Positions 12,790-24,411 of a DNA stretch of 64,000 nucleotides are shown here, piece after piece; position 1 is the first letter of the stretch, and each line of letters opens with the position of its first letter. The notes below the pieces were generated by a model. It searched no databases and was not told the DNA's origin. It saw only the letters and a program-made list of their open reading frames with translations. The stretch covers positions 8,928,001 through 8,992,000 of the forward strand of contig CM059432.1 in assembly GCA_030390025.1 (NCBI GenBank), written 5' to 3'. Source of the DNA: Squalus acanthias. Lineage: Eukaryota. Both the position numbers and the translations under genes were made by a program.

Positions 12790-13335
12790 CCGGTCGCCTG
12801 TCACTTTAATTCTCCGCTCCACTCCCACTCTGACCTCGGCCTCCTACGCTGTTCCAATGAAACTCAACGAGGAACAGCACCTCATCTTTCGATTCGGCAC
12901 TTTCCAGCCTTCTGGACGCAACATTGAGTTCAACAATTTCAGATCATAACCTCTGCCCCCATTTTTTCAGACGGTAGTTGATGATTCTGCTATTCCCACT
13001 TACACCTCCTCCAGACCCATCTTTCATTTCTTTACTTGTCCCATTACCATCTCCTTTTGCCTTGCACCATCATCCCTTTTGTCATTTAATCTCTCCTGCC
13101 TCCCACCCTATCACAGACCTTCCCTTTTGTTCTTTCCTCACCTCCCCCCTTTCCCTGTCCCTACACCTGCTTAAAACCTGTTACATCTCCAACTTTTTCC
13201 GGTTCTGACGAAAGGTCATCGACCTAAAACGTTAACTCTGTTTCTCTCTCCACAGATGCTGCCTGACCTGCTGAGTATTTCCAGCATTTTTTGTTTTTAT
13301 TTCAGATTTCCAGCATCTGCAGTATTTTGCTTTTG
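12790..13335 (+). mobile_element. Penelope-like element 3' fragment (GIY-YIG C-terminus plus pseudo-LTR with degenerate hammerhead)
   Basis: Frameshifted PVACHFNSPLHSHSDL...EEQHLIFRFGTFQPSGRNIEFNNFRS* (stop 12947-12949); gtt-CTGACGA-a-aggtc-atc-gacct-aaaac-gtt-aac at 13202..13236. Confidence 0.8.
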
Positions 13336-13536
13336 TTGAAGGTTCTGGTTTTGTTGAAGGTTCTGGTTTTGTTGAAGGTTCTGGTTTTGTTGATGGTTCT
13401 GGTTTTGTTGAAGGTTCTGGTTTTGTTGAAGGTTCTGGTTTTGTTGAAGGTTCTGGTTTTGTTGATGGTTCTGGTTTTGTTGAAGGTTCTGGTTTTGTTG
13501 AAGGTTCTGGTTTTGTTGAGGGTTCTGGTTTTGTTG
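13331..13536. repeat. 18-bp minisatellite, 11 full copies plus partial
   Basis: (TTTTGTTGAAGGTTCTGG)n; units 4 and 8 carry GAT, unit 11 carries GAG. Confidence 0.97.
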
Positions 13537-13596
13537 TGCATTCAATACTTCGGTCGCCCGTTTTGGGTGTGCTGTGTGGGTTGGTTAGTAATGCTC

Positions 13597-14622
13597 ATTT
13601 TTTTTTTATTTGTTCATGGGATGTGGGCGTTGCTGGCAAGGCCAGCATTTATTGCCCATCCCTAGTTGCCCTTGAGAAGGTGGTGGTGAGCCGCCTTCTT
13701 GAACCGCTGCAGTCCGTGTGGTGAAGGTACTCCCACAGTGCTGTTAGGGAGGGAGTTCCAGGATTTTGACCCAGCGATGATGAAGGAACGGCGATATATT
13801 TCCAAGTCAGGATGGTGTGTGACTTGGAGGGGAACTTGGAGGTGGTGCTGTTCCCATGTGCCTGCTGCCCTTGTCCTTCTAGGTGGAAGAGGTCGCGGAT
13901 TTGGGAGGTGCTGCCGAAGAAGCCTTGGCGAGTTGCTGCAGTGCATCTTGTAGATGGTACACACTGCAGCCACGGTACGCCGGTGGTGGAGGGAGTGAAT
14001 GTTTAAGGTGGTGGATGGGGTGCTAATCAAGCGGGCTGCTTTGTCCTGGATGGTGTCGAGTTTCTTGAGTGTTGTTGCAGCTGCACTCATCCAGGCAAGT
14101 GGAGAGTATGTCATCACATTCGTGACTTGTGCCTTGTAGATGGGGGAAAGGCTTTGGGGAGTCAGGAGGTGAGACGCTCGCCGCAGAATACCCAGCCTCT
14201 GACCTGCTCTTGTTGCCACAGTATTTATGTGGCTGATCCAGTTAAGTTTCTGGTCAGTGGTGACCCCCAGGATGTTGATGGTAGGGGATTTGTCGATGGT
14301 AATATCGTTGAATGTCAAGGGGAGCTGGTTAGACTCTCGCTTCTTGGAGATAGTCATTGACTGGCACTTGTGTGGCGCGAATGTTACCTGCCACTTATCA
14401 GCCCAAGCCTGCACATCGCCCAGGTCTTGTTGCATGCGGGCATGGACTGCTTCATTATCTGAGGAGGTGTGAATGGCACTGAACACTGTGCAGTCACCAG
14501 TGAACATCCCCATTTCTGACCTTATGTTGGAGGGAATGTCATTGATGAAGCAGCTGAAGATGGTTGGGCCGAGGACACTGCTCTGAGGAACTCCTGCAGC
14601 GATGTCCTGGGGCTGAGATTGT
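13597..14622 (-). mobile_element. CR1/L2-group LINE (family B), RT C-half
   Basis: ORF 13662..14639 with GVPQSSVLGPTIFSCFIND and a degenerate FTGD (FADD) RT motif; family-B 3' end. Confidence 0.88.
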
Positions 14623-14929
14623 TGGAACTGTTGCTCCAAGATCCAGAAGTTGCCTGGTTCTGATACCTATTCTGCACTGAGTTCGCTGGAGTTGGGAGTG
14701 TTGCAATTAGCCTGAGTGTTCTTGGACTAGCAAGGGGAAAAATATCACCCAGCGTTCCCACTGCTGATCCCTTCGATAGGGTGGAAGGTGGGAATCGAGT
14801 CAGGATTAGGCTTGACTGGAATGCCTTGCATGATGGACTAGGCTGTCAACATTTACTCTTTAAGCTGACACATGAGGAATAATCAATTTAAGAAGATACC
14901 AGAGGGGACCTATCGCTCCTTCACGGGTA

Positions 14930-15770
14930 CTGTAGTGTAGTGGTTATGGTACTTAGACTAACAATCCCAAGGTCTGGATTAATAATCTAGAGAATGTGAG
15001 TTCATAATCTCACATTGGAATTAAGTTTTTAAAAGAAAATTGGAAATAAAAAAGCTGGTATCACGAAGAGTGACCATGAAGCTGTCGGATTGTCGGAAAG
15101 CCAAGTGTCAGTGGTTGCTCAGTGGGTAGCACTCTTGCCTCTGAGTTTGGGGTTCAAGTCCCACTCCCGGAGACTTGAGCACAAAATCTAAGGTGTCACT
15201 CCAGTGGAGTGCTGCACTGTCGGAGGTGCCGTCTTTCAGATGAGATATTAAATCGAGGCTCTGTTTGCCCTCTTAGGTGGACATAAAAGATCCCATGGAA
15301 CTATTTGAAGAGCAGGCAAGTTCTCCCCTGTGTCCTGGACAACATTTATCCCTCAACCAACACTCCAAAACAGATTATCGGGTCATTAACACATTGCTGT
15401 TTGTGGGATCTTGCTGTGCGCAAATTGGCTGCCACGTTTCCTACATTACAGCAGTGACTGCACTTCAAAAGTACTTCATTGGCTGTAAAGCGCTTTGGGA
15501 TGTCATGAGGTTGTGAAAGACGCTATAGAAATGCAAGTCTTTCTTTTAAAAACCCAACTGGTTTAAGAATGTCCTTTAGGGAAGGAAACCTGCCGTCCTT
15601 ACCCGGACTGGCACACCAACACAGTTGACGCTTTACTACCCTCTGAAGTGGCCATAGCAAACCGCTCGGTTGTGTCAAACGGCTGCGAGGAGAAGGATCA
15701 CTACCATCTCCTCAGGGCAACTAGGGATGGGAAATAAATGCCGCTTTGTCCGAGAATTAGTTTTTAAAAA
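14930..15770 (+). mobile_element. tRNA-headed family-B SINE-like element interrupted by a full-length Deu-SINE (about 15105..15545)
   Basis: tagtgtagtggttatg...gagttcat head; breaks at ggattgtcgg and resumes at aaaacccaactgg. Deu-SINE with A/B boxes lies inside. Confidence 0.75.
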
Positions 15771-16449
15771 AAAGCCTCATTCCAATGGCGAGTCGGAACC
15801 TTCGGGAGCTAGAGGGCTGTGGATGCTAAATCATTGAGCATATTCCAGGCTGAGATCGATAGATTTTTGGACTCTAAGGGAATCAAGGGATGTGGGGATA
15901 GTGCGGGAAAGTGGAGCTGAGGTCGAAGATCAGCCATGATCTTATTGAATGGCGGAGCAGGCTCGAGGGGCCGTATGACCTACTCCTGCTCCTAATTCTT
16001 ATGTTCTTATCTTCTAAGGGTAGAAAATTGGAAGGAAAAAAGTTAAAAGGCCTTTTGATGTGATGGCAGGTCTTCCATGGCCTGTAAAAGTATTCAATAC
16101 TCAACTGAGGGGAAGCATGCCAGTTCTTCTCCCAAGTCCATTCTGAACATTACAAATTATTACCAGTTTTAAAAAAGTGCTGGTCAAATAGTTTATATAA
16201 AGTAACTTCCATGTCATGAGCACTAATATTTCTTTTTATTCAACAACAACAGATCCTCATTTCTTTTTCAGATATGAGTTTTCATTGATTCATGTTTTAG
16301 TTTACTTTGTGCATTAAACACTAAGCAGCAAAAAAAAATCTGGTGAATAAAAGATATGTTACAGCGTCAAAATCCAGATGAAAGTGCAAAACCGCCAGAG
16401 ATCTACCTCACAGATCCAAACATTTCCAATTGCTTATAGATGTATAAAT

Positions 16450-17616
16450 AGAAAGACTTGTGTTTCTACAGCACCTTTCATGGCCTCAGGACGTCCCAAA
16501 GCATTTTACAGCCAATGAAGTACTTTTTGAAGTGTAGTCACTGTTTGTAATGTAGGAAACGCGGCTGCCAATTTGCGCACAGCAAGCTCCCACAAACAGC
16601 AATGTGATAATGACCAGGTAATCTGTTTTTTGTGATGTTGATTAAGGGATAAATATTGGCCAGGGCTCCGGGGATAACTCCCCTGCTCGTGGGATCTTTT
16701 ACGTCCGCCTTAGGAACATAGGAACAGGAGTAGGCTATTCAGCCCCTTGAGCCTGTTCCACCATTCAATGAGATCATGGCTGATCTGCGACCTAACTCCA
16801 TATACCCGCCTTTGGCCCATATCCCTTAATACCCTTGGTTAACAAGAAGCTATCAATCTCAGATTTAAGATTAACAATTGATCTAGCATCAATTGCCGCT
16901 TGTGGAAGAGAGTTCCAAACTGCTACCACCCTTTGTGTGTAGAAGTGTTTCCTAATTTCACTCCTGAAAGGTCTGGCTCTAGTTTTTACACTATGCCCCC
17001 TAGTCCTAGACTCCCCAACCAGCGGAAATAGTTTCTCTCTATCTCTACTCTATCTGTTCCCCTTAATATCTTGAAAACTTCGATTAGATCACCCCTTAAC
17101 CTTCTAAATTCTAGGGACTACAACCCTAGTTTGTGTAATCTCTCCTCGTAACGTAACCCTTGAAATCCGGTAAACCTGCGCTGCACTCCCTCCAAGGCCA
17201 ATATATCCTTCCTAAGGTGTGGTGGCCAGAACTGCTCACAGTACCCCAGGTGTGGTCTAACCAGGGCTTTGTACAGCTGCAGCATAACTTCTACCCCCTT
17301 GTACTCTAGTCCTCTAGATATAAAGGCCAGCATCCCATTAGCCTTTTTGATTATTTTCTGTACCTGTTCATGACAATTTAATGCTCTATGTACCTGAACC
17401 TCCCAAGTCTCTTTGGACGTCCACTGTTTTTAGCTTTTCACCATTTAGAAAGTACCCTGTTCCACCCTCTTTAGGTCCAAAGTGGATGACCTCACATTTG
17501 CTCACATTGAAATCTGATTTGCCGCAGTTTTACCCATTCACTTAATCTATCAATATCCCTTTGTAATTATAGAGAGCAGACGGGGCCTCGCTTTAACGTC
17601 TCATCTGAAAGACGGA
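16450..17616 (-). mobile_element. Deu-domain SINE interrupted by a CR1 (about 16712..17568)
   Basis: SINE pieces at 16450..16710 and 17570..17616 flank a CR1 (ORF 17118..17333, LVRPHLGYCEQFW). Confidence 0.82.
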
Positions 17617-19200
17617 TGCGTACAATTATGCAAACAATCAGGAAAATCCCATCGCTCCGGTATCTTCTGAAATTTGCAACTGATCAGACGTTGCTGCTCC
17701 CGCAATCCATGATTGTCATCATTATCCTCCATCAAAGTGTTGAACGTTCCTTTCCTGTGTCCATCCCTCCTTCCAAGCCGAAGGGGGAAATTTTCCTCCA
17801 TTGTGCTCTCTCCCCTCAGTACCACTCATCGCCAAACCACTGGTAACTGCCGCTCCACTTCCAGACAGAGGCTGTACAATCGGTGTCACGATTGGTACAC
17901 GATCGGTGTACGTGCCATGGCGCGCTCTCTTTCCAAACCACCCCCCCCCCAGCGCCATCGGCTCTGCCTTTTTAATTCCCTCCCCTTCAATCAATGGGGC
18001 ATCTTGTGCAGTAAGAACTGAGCGGTTATACCCATCAGGAAAGTAGGAGCTTTAGAATAAAGGGTCGCACTTTTAGAACTGAGATGAGGAGAAATTTCCT
18101 CTGAAGATGGTAAATCTGTGGAATTCTCTGCCCCAGTGAGCCGTGCAGACTGGGTCATTAAATACATTTAAGGTGGAGATAGACAGATTTTTGCAAGATA
18201 AGGGAGTGAAGGGTTATGGGGAGCAGGCGGTGAAGTGGCTTCGAGCCCAAGATCAGCCATGATCTTATTGAATGGCGGAGCAGGCTCGAGGGGCCAAGTG
18301 GCCTATTCCTGCTCCTATTTCTTATGTTCTTATGTCACAATCTGAGAACATCTGCGTTGAGGCGCTGTCCACACCCAGTGCTACATAAATGTTTAGCGTT
18401 CATCCGGAAATCAGTCGGAGAAAGCTTGTTCCCCCTGTCTAAACTCACTATTATCTTTTTTCCCTTGAGCTTGCACCAGATGGCACTCCACTGCAAGTGA
18501 AAAACGGATAATAAATAAAATGGATAATGTGGTGGGCTGAGAGAAACAGAGTGACAATCACAGTGAGGCACAGGTAACACAGGAAACCTGTCACATAGAG
18601 GGAATATAAATTCTCGTAAATCTGTTAAATGTTCAGTACACTAAAAAAATACCTAATGGCCCACTTGTTTTTGTTGGGGGGGTGGGAGTGTATTTGCATC
18701 CGTGTTTTTTTTATTCATTCATGGGATGTGGGCGTCGCTGGCAAGCCCAGTATTTATTGCCCATCCCTAATTGCCCTTGAGAAGGTGGTGGTGAGCCACC
18801 TTCTTGAACCGCTGCAGTCCGTGTGGTGAAGTTACTCCCACAGTGCTGTTAGGGAGGGAGTTCCAGGATTTTGACCCAGCGACGATGAAGGAACGGCGAT
18901 ATATTTCCAAGTCAGGATGGTGTGTGACTTGGAGGGGAACTTGGAGGTGGTGGTGTTCTCATGCGCCTGCTGCCCTTGTCCTTCTAGCAGGTAGAGGTCG
19001 CGGGTTTGGGAGGTGCTGCCGAAAAAGTGCGATACAAAAATTGCAGTTATTACTGGGGAGGAAAGGTTGCTGATCCAGGAGCAAACTGATCACGGACAAA
19101 GAGAGTGAGACTACTTCAAGCCCCATTAATTGAGTTTCACCTTGCCTTTGTATAACTGCAACTTTAAACACAAAGCATCCTGCTGGACCATCTTTACATT

Positions 19201-19418
19201 ACACCAGGTTATAGTCCAACAGCTTTATTTGAAATCACAAGCTTTCGGAGCGCTGCTCCTTCGTCAGGTGAAGTGAAGAGATGCATCTCTTCACTTCACC
19301 TGACGAAGGAGCAGCGCTCCGAAAGCTTGTGATTTCAAATACGGCTGTTGGACTATAACCTGGTGTTGTGCGACTTCTCACATTTGTCCACCCCAGTCCA
19401 ACACCGGCATCTCCACAT
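19201..19418. mobile_element. Penelope-derived palindromic mini-element with target-site duplication
   Basis: 19201..19366 is a spacerless inverted repeat centred on ATGCAT with 2 mismatches. Flanked by direct repeat CATCTTTACATT at 19189..19200 and 19419..19430. Confidence 0.85.
19296..19332 (+). ncRNA. Minimal type I hammerhead ribozyme-like motif (mirror copy on - strand at 19235..19271)
   Basis: UCAC-CUGACGA-A-GGAGC-AGC-GCUCC-GAAA-G-CUU-GUGA: stem I UCAC/GUGA, stem II GGAGC/GCUCC, palindromic loopless stem III (AGCU), putative cleavage after CUU. Confidence 0.65.
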
Positions 19419-19449
19419 CATCTTTACATTGTTAGAGGTGGCAGGACAG

Positions 19450-20010
19450 TTACATAGATTACATAGAATGTACAACACAGGAACAGGCCATTCGGCCCAA
19501 CTGGTCCGTGCCGGTGTTTCTGCTCCACACGAGCCTCCTCCCACCCTACTTCATCTCACCCTATCAACATAACCCTCCATTCCTTTCTCCCTCTTGTGTT
19601 TATCCAGCTTCCCCTTAAATGGATCTATCCTATTCGCCTCAACCACTCCCTGTGGTAGCGAGTTCCACATTCTCACCACTCTCTGAGTAAAGAAATTTCT
19701 CCTGAATTCCCTATTGGATTTATTAGTCAATATCTTGTGTTTATGGCCCCTAGTTCTGGACTCCCCCACAAGTGGAAACATCTTCTCCAAGTCTACTCTT
19801 TCATCCTCTTAAAGGCTTCTATCGGGTCACCCCCTCAGCCTTCTCTTTTCTAGAGAAAAGAGCCCCAGCCTGTTCAATCTTTCCTGATAGGTATAACCTC
19901 TCAATTCTAGTATCATCCTTTTAAATCCATTTTTAGCACCTTCTTCAGTGCCTCAGTGTCCTTTTTACAATATGAAGACCAGAACTGTGCACAGTTCTAT
20001 AAGTGTGGTC
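19450..20010 (-). mobile_element. CR1 3' fragment
   Basis: ORF 19551..19790 (FPLVGESRTRGH...RRNFFTQRVVRMWNSLP). Confidence 0.82.
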
Positions 20011-20189
20011 AGTCACCTCTTCACTATTTTTGAAACATTTTGCAAAAACCTTTGTGAGCAGAGCTCTGCGCATTCATTGAATCACATGAGTGGCCCGAGA
20101 GCGAAATGGTGTCCAGCTGACACTGCGCGGTGGTGGCAATGAGTTGCAAATCTCTGAAGCAGCTACTGGTCATAACCCAGTACTGACAG

Positions 20190-23052
20190 TATAACAACAA
20201 CAACAACTTGCATTTATCCAGCACCTTTAACGTAGTAAAACGTCCCACGGCGCTTCACAGGAGTATTATAAGACAAAAACTTTGACATCGAGCCACATAA
20301 GGAGGAATTAGGGCAGGTGAACAAAAGCTTGGTCAAAGAGGTAGGTTTTAAGGAGCGTCTTAAAGAAGGAAAGAGAGGTAGCGAGGCGGAGAGGTTTAGG
20401 CAGGGAATTCTAGAGCTTAGGGCCCAGGCAACAGAAGGCACGGCCACCAAAGGTTGAGCGATTATAATCAGGGATGCTCAAGAGGCCAGAATTAGAGGAG
20501 CGCAGATATCTCTGGTGGATGTGGGGCTGAAGGAGATTACAGAGATAGGGAGGGGGGCGAGGTCATGGAGGGATTTGAAGACAAGGATGAGAATTTTGAA
20601 ATCGAGGCATTGCTTAACTGGGAGCCAATGTAGGCCAGCGAGCACAGGGGTGATAGGTGAACGGGACTTGGTGCAAGTTAGGACACGGGCAGCTGAGTTT
20701 TGGATGACCTCAAGTTTACGTAGGGTAGAACGTGGGAGGCCGGCCAGGAGTGCGTTGGAATAGTCAAGTCTAGAGGTAACAAAGGCATGGATGAGGGTTT
20801 CAGCAGCAGATGAGCTGAGGCAGAGGCGGAGACGGGCGATGTTACGGAGGTGGAAATAGGCGGTCTTAGTTATGCCGCTGATATGTGGTCGGAAGCTCAT
20901 TTCAAATTTGACACCAAGGTTGCAAACAGTGTGGTTCAGCCTCAGACAGATGTTGGGGAGAGGGATGGAGTCAATGGCTAGGGAACGGAGTTTGTGGCGG
21001 GGACCGAAAACAATGGCTTCGGTCTTCCCAATATTTAATTGGAGGAATTTTCTGCTTATCCAGAACTGGATGTCAGACAAGCAGTCTGACAATTTAGAGA
21101 CCGTGGAGGGGTCGAGAGGTGTGGTAGCTGGGTGTCATCAGTGTATGTGTAGAAACTGACACTGTGTTTTCGGATGATGTCACCAAGGGGCAACATGTAG
21201 ATGAGAAATAGGAGGGGGCCAAGGATAGATCCTTGGGGGACACCAGAGGTAATGATGCAGGAGTGGGAAGAGAAGCCATTGCAGGTGATTCTCTGGCTAC
21301 AATTAGATAGAAAAGAATGGAACCAGGCGAGTGCAGTCCCACCCAGCTGGACAACAGTGGAGAGGCGTTGGAGAAGGATGGAGTAGTCAACCGTGTCAAA
21401 AACTGCAGACTGGTCAAGAAGGGCGAGGAGGTATAGTTTACCTTTGTCACAGTCACAAAGGATGTCATTTGTGACTTTGATGAGAGCCATTTCAGTACTG
21501 TGGCAAGGGCGGAAACCTGACTGGAGGGATTCAAACATGGAGTTGCGGGAAAGATGGGCACGGATTTGGGAGGCGACAACACGTTCAAGGACTTTGGAGA
21601 GGAAAGAGAAGTTGGAGATGGTGCGGTAGTTTGCAAGGACGGAGGGGTCAAGGGTTGTTTTTTTGAGGAGAGGGGTGATGACGGCAGATTTGAGGGAGAG
21701 GGGGACAGTACCTGAGGAGAGAGAACCGTTAACAATGTCAGCTAACATGGGAGCCAGCAAAGGAAGTTGGGTGGTCAGCAGTTTGGTGGGAATAGGGTCG
21801 AGGGAGCAGGAAGTGGGTCTCATGGACAAGATGAGTGCGGAGAGGTCATGAGGGGAGATCGGAGAGAAACTGGAAAAAGATGTGAGTTCAGGGCTAGGGC
21901 AGGGGGGAACCTTAGAGGAAGTTTGGCCCGGTGGGCTAGGGGAAGGAAGGGAAGTGGCAGAGGCAGCTGAACGAATGGTCTCAATCTTAGAGACAAAGAA
22001 GTCCATGAGCTCCTCACACTTGTTGTCGGAGGTGAGGGTGGAGGAGACAGGGGAAAGGGGTTTAAGAAGACATTTAGCAGTAGAGAATAGAAGCCCGGGT
22101 TTATCTTTGCATTCCAGAATGATTCTGGAATAGTGAGCAATTTTGGCAGACGAGAGCAGGACCTGATAATGCTTTATGTGGTCCAGCCAGATCTGGCGGT
22201 GAATGGCTAAACCAGTTGTCCGCCACATCCGTTCAAGTCTGCGTCCCTTAGACTTAAGGGAGCGAAGATGAGGGCCGTACCAGGGGCAACGGCCAGGGTG
22301 AGAGAGATTGTTTTAATAGGGACTAGGGCATCAAAGGTGATGTTGAAGGTGTGGTTGAGCAGATCGGTAACTGCAGAAATGGGGTGGTGAATGGAGGGCC
22401 AAAGGCTGGACAGTTGGGATTTTATAAGTGCAGTTGTAAGAGAGTTGGAAAGAGAGGTTTTTCCAGGGGTGGACACTGAAAGAAGTAGGGTTGCAGGGGG
22501 AAAGGGGGATGTGGGTGGACAGCGATACGAGGAAGTGGTCAGAGATGGCCTTATCTGCGATTGACATGATGGGAGTAGCAAGGCCACAAGAGATGACAAG
22601 GTCGAGATGGTGGCCGTGAATATGGGTTGGGGAGTTTACATGGAGGAGAGATTAAGGGAGGATAGGAGGCTAGTGTACTCAGAGGAGAGAGAGCATGATG
22701 AATTGAGATGAAGGATGAAATCACCGAGGATGAGAAGTCGTTTGGTGCAGAGACTGAGGGAGGACAGCAATGAAGATATCTCGGTAATAAAATGTTTATG
22801 GTACTTGGGTAGGCGGCAGAGAATGAGAATTTTAAATGAGAGGAGAGAGGGGTGGAGTAAGGTGAGATGCTCAAAGGAGGAGAAAGTGCCGGAGGAGTAG
22901 GGGGACAGACCAAGGTGTGATTTGGTGATGACAGCCACACCGCCGCCACGGCGGTCTGAGCGGGGCAAGTGGTGGAAGGTATAGCCAGGCGGGGAGGCTT
23001 CATTTAAGGGTAAGGTGTCATCACCCCTCAACCAAGTTTCCGTCAGGGCCAT
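20190..23052 (-). mobile_element. L2-clade LINE, near-complete but frameshifted ORF2 (APE endonuclease plus RT)
   Basis: APE ORF 22636..23052 (ALTETWL...GGGVAV...LGDF); RT ORF 21056..22228 (QSGFRPCHSTE...GVPQGSILGPLLF...YTDD); C-terminal ORF 20478..21092 (HAFVTSRLDYSN...LHWLPV); (GTT)n tail near 20190-20210. Confidence 0.92.
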
Positions 23053-24411
23053 CTTATCCTCCCTTAATCTCTCCCTCCATGTAAACTCCCCAACCCATAT
23101 TCACAGCTCACCCCTCGACCCTGCCATTTCTCGTGGCCTCGCTACTCCCATCGTGTGAATCGCAGATAAGGCCAGCTCTGACCACTTCCTCGTATCGCTC
23201 TCCGCCCACATCCCCCTTCACCCACCACAACCCCACTTCCTTCAGTTTCCGCCCCTGCAAAAAACTCTCTCCCAACTCTCTTACAACTGCACTTATAATT
23301 AAGACGCCTTAGAATGGTCGAATCATAGAATCGCACAGCACAGAAGGAGGCCATTCGGCCCGTTGTGCCTGTGCCGGCTCTTTGAAAGAGCGATCCCATT
23401 AGTCCCACTCTCCCCTTGCTCTTTCTCCCTAGCCCGGCAAACTATTTCCCCTTCAAGTATTTATCCAATTCTCTTTTGAAAGTTACTATTGAATCTGCTT
23501 CCACCGCCCTTTCAGGCAGCGCGTTCCAGATCACAACAACTCGCTGCGTAAAAAAGAATAATTTCCCCCCTCTGGTTCTTTTGCCAATTATCTAAAATCT
23601 GTGTCCTCCGGTTACCGACCCTCCCGCCCGTGGAAACAGTTTCTCCTGATGGACTCTAATGAAATCCCTCATAATTATCTGTATCACGGTTCTGCTAATG
23701 ATTCATTTCACAGATTTATTATCTCTATGGGCTGCCCTGCAGAGCAGCTCGAAGAAAAACTGGTCAGATTTGGTGCATTTGTGAGCAACCGAATCAAGTA
23801 TCAACCATTGCTGGCACACGGACCCTTGATCACAGCACAGTAAAGCAAACTGACATATTATATCTCCATCTCACTGGAACTAATCATATAAGTAAATTAC
23901 AGAAGGTCTTAAAAGAGCATCCAATTGATAGAGCACCATATAAAGCTCACGGTAATGACTGCTGGAGCTCAACAATTGGCCTCAGCTGGCTGGAGCAGCG
24001 AGTGGGAAGGGAAAGAAAAGCTTGTGATCCCACTCAATGATGTTGCTGGAAAGCGTATGTGCTTGGCTGTTAGATGAGCAAAGGATTGGCTCATCTGTAA
24101 TGGCCTGGGTGATCAAATAGGCTGTCAGCACTCCCTGTCAAGGCTTCACACGTGAAGAATTGTCGCTTGGGTGAGGTACTGAAAGGCCTGCAGGCAACCC
24201 GTGGCGCTTGCATCTCCAGCATCACTCAGCACTTCCGAAATGTGAAGGGGGAGAAAAAAAAAAGGAAATTAGAAACAAAACCGGAAAAAGTACATTGTGT
24301 TATTTTGCTCAGCCTCAGGACGATTTACTGGGGTTTTTGCGTCGGAGGTTGGTGAACTCGAGGGAAGCCGCGGAGAAAGATGTCATAAAGTACTCGATGA
24401 TTAAACACAAG

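Noticed and set aside
13291..13665. ORFs with KVLVLL / QQNQNL / KTRTFN repeats, or a CRISPR-like array
   Set aside because: Products of an 18-bp tandem repeat lacking stop codons. There are no unique spacers, and this is a eukaryotic intron.
15105..15180. tRNA genes here and at about 48720..48793, 56222..56310 and 57370..57440
   Set aside because: A/B boxes continue directly into SINE bodies and no clean cloverleaf is evident; these are SINE heads.
20478..23052. Active reverse transcriptase gene
   Set aside because: ORF2 is split by frameshifts, the YADD-type motif reads YTDD, and the element is 5'-truncated.
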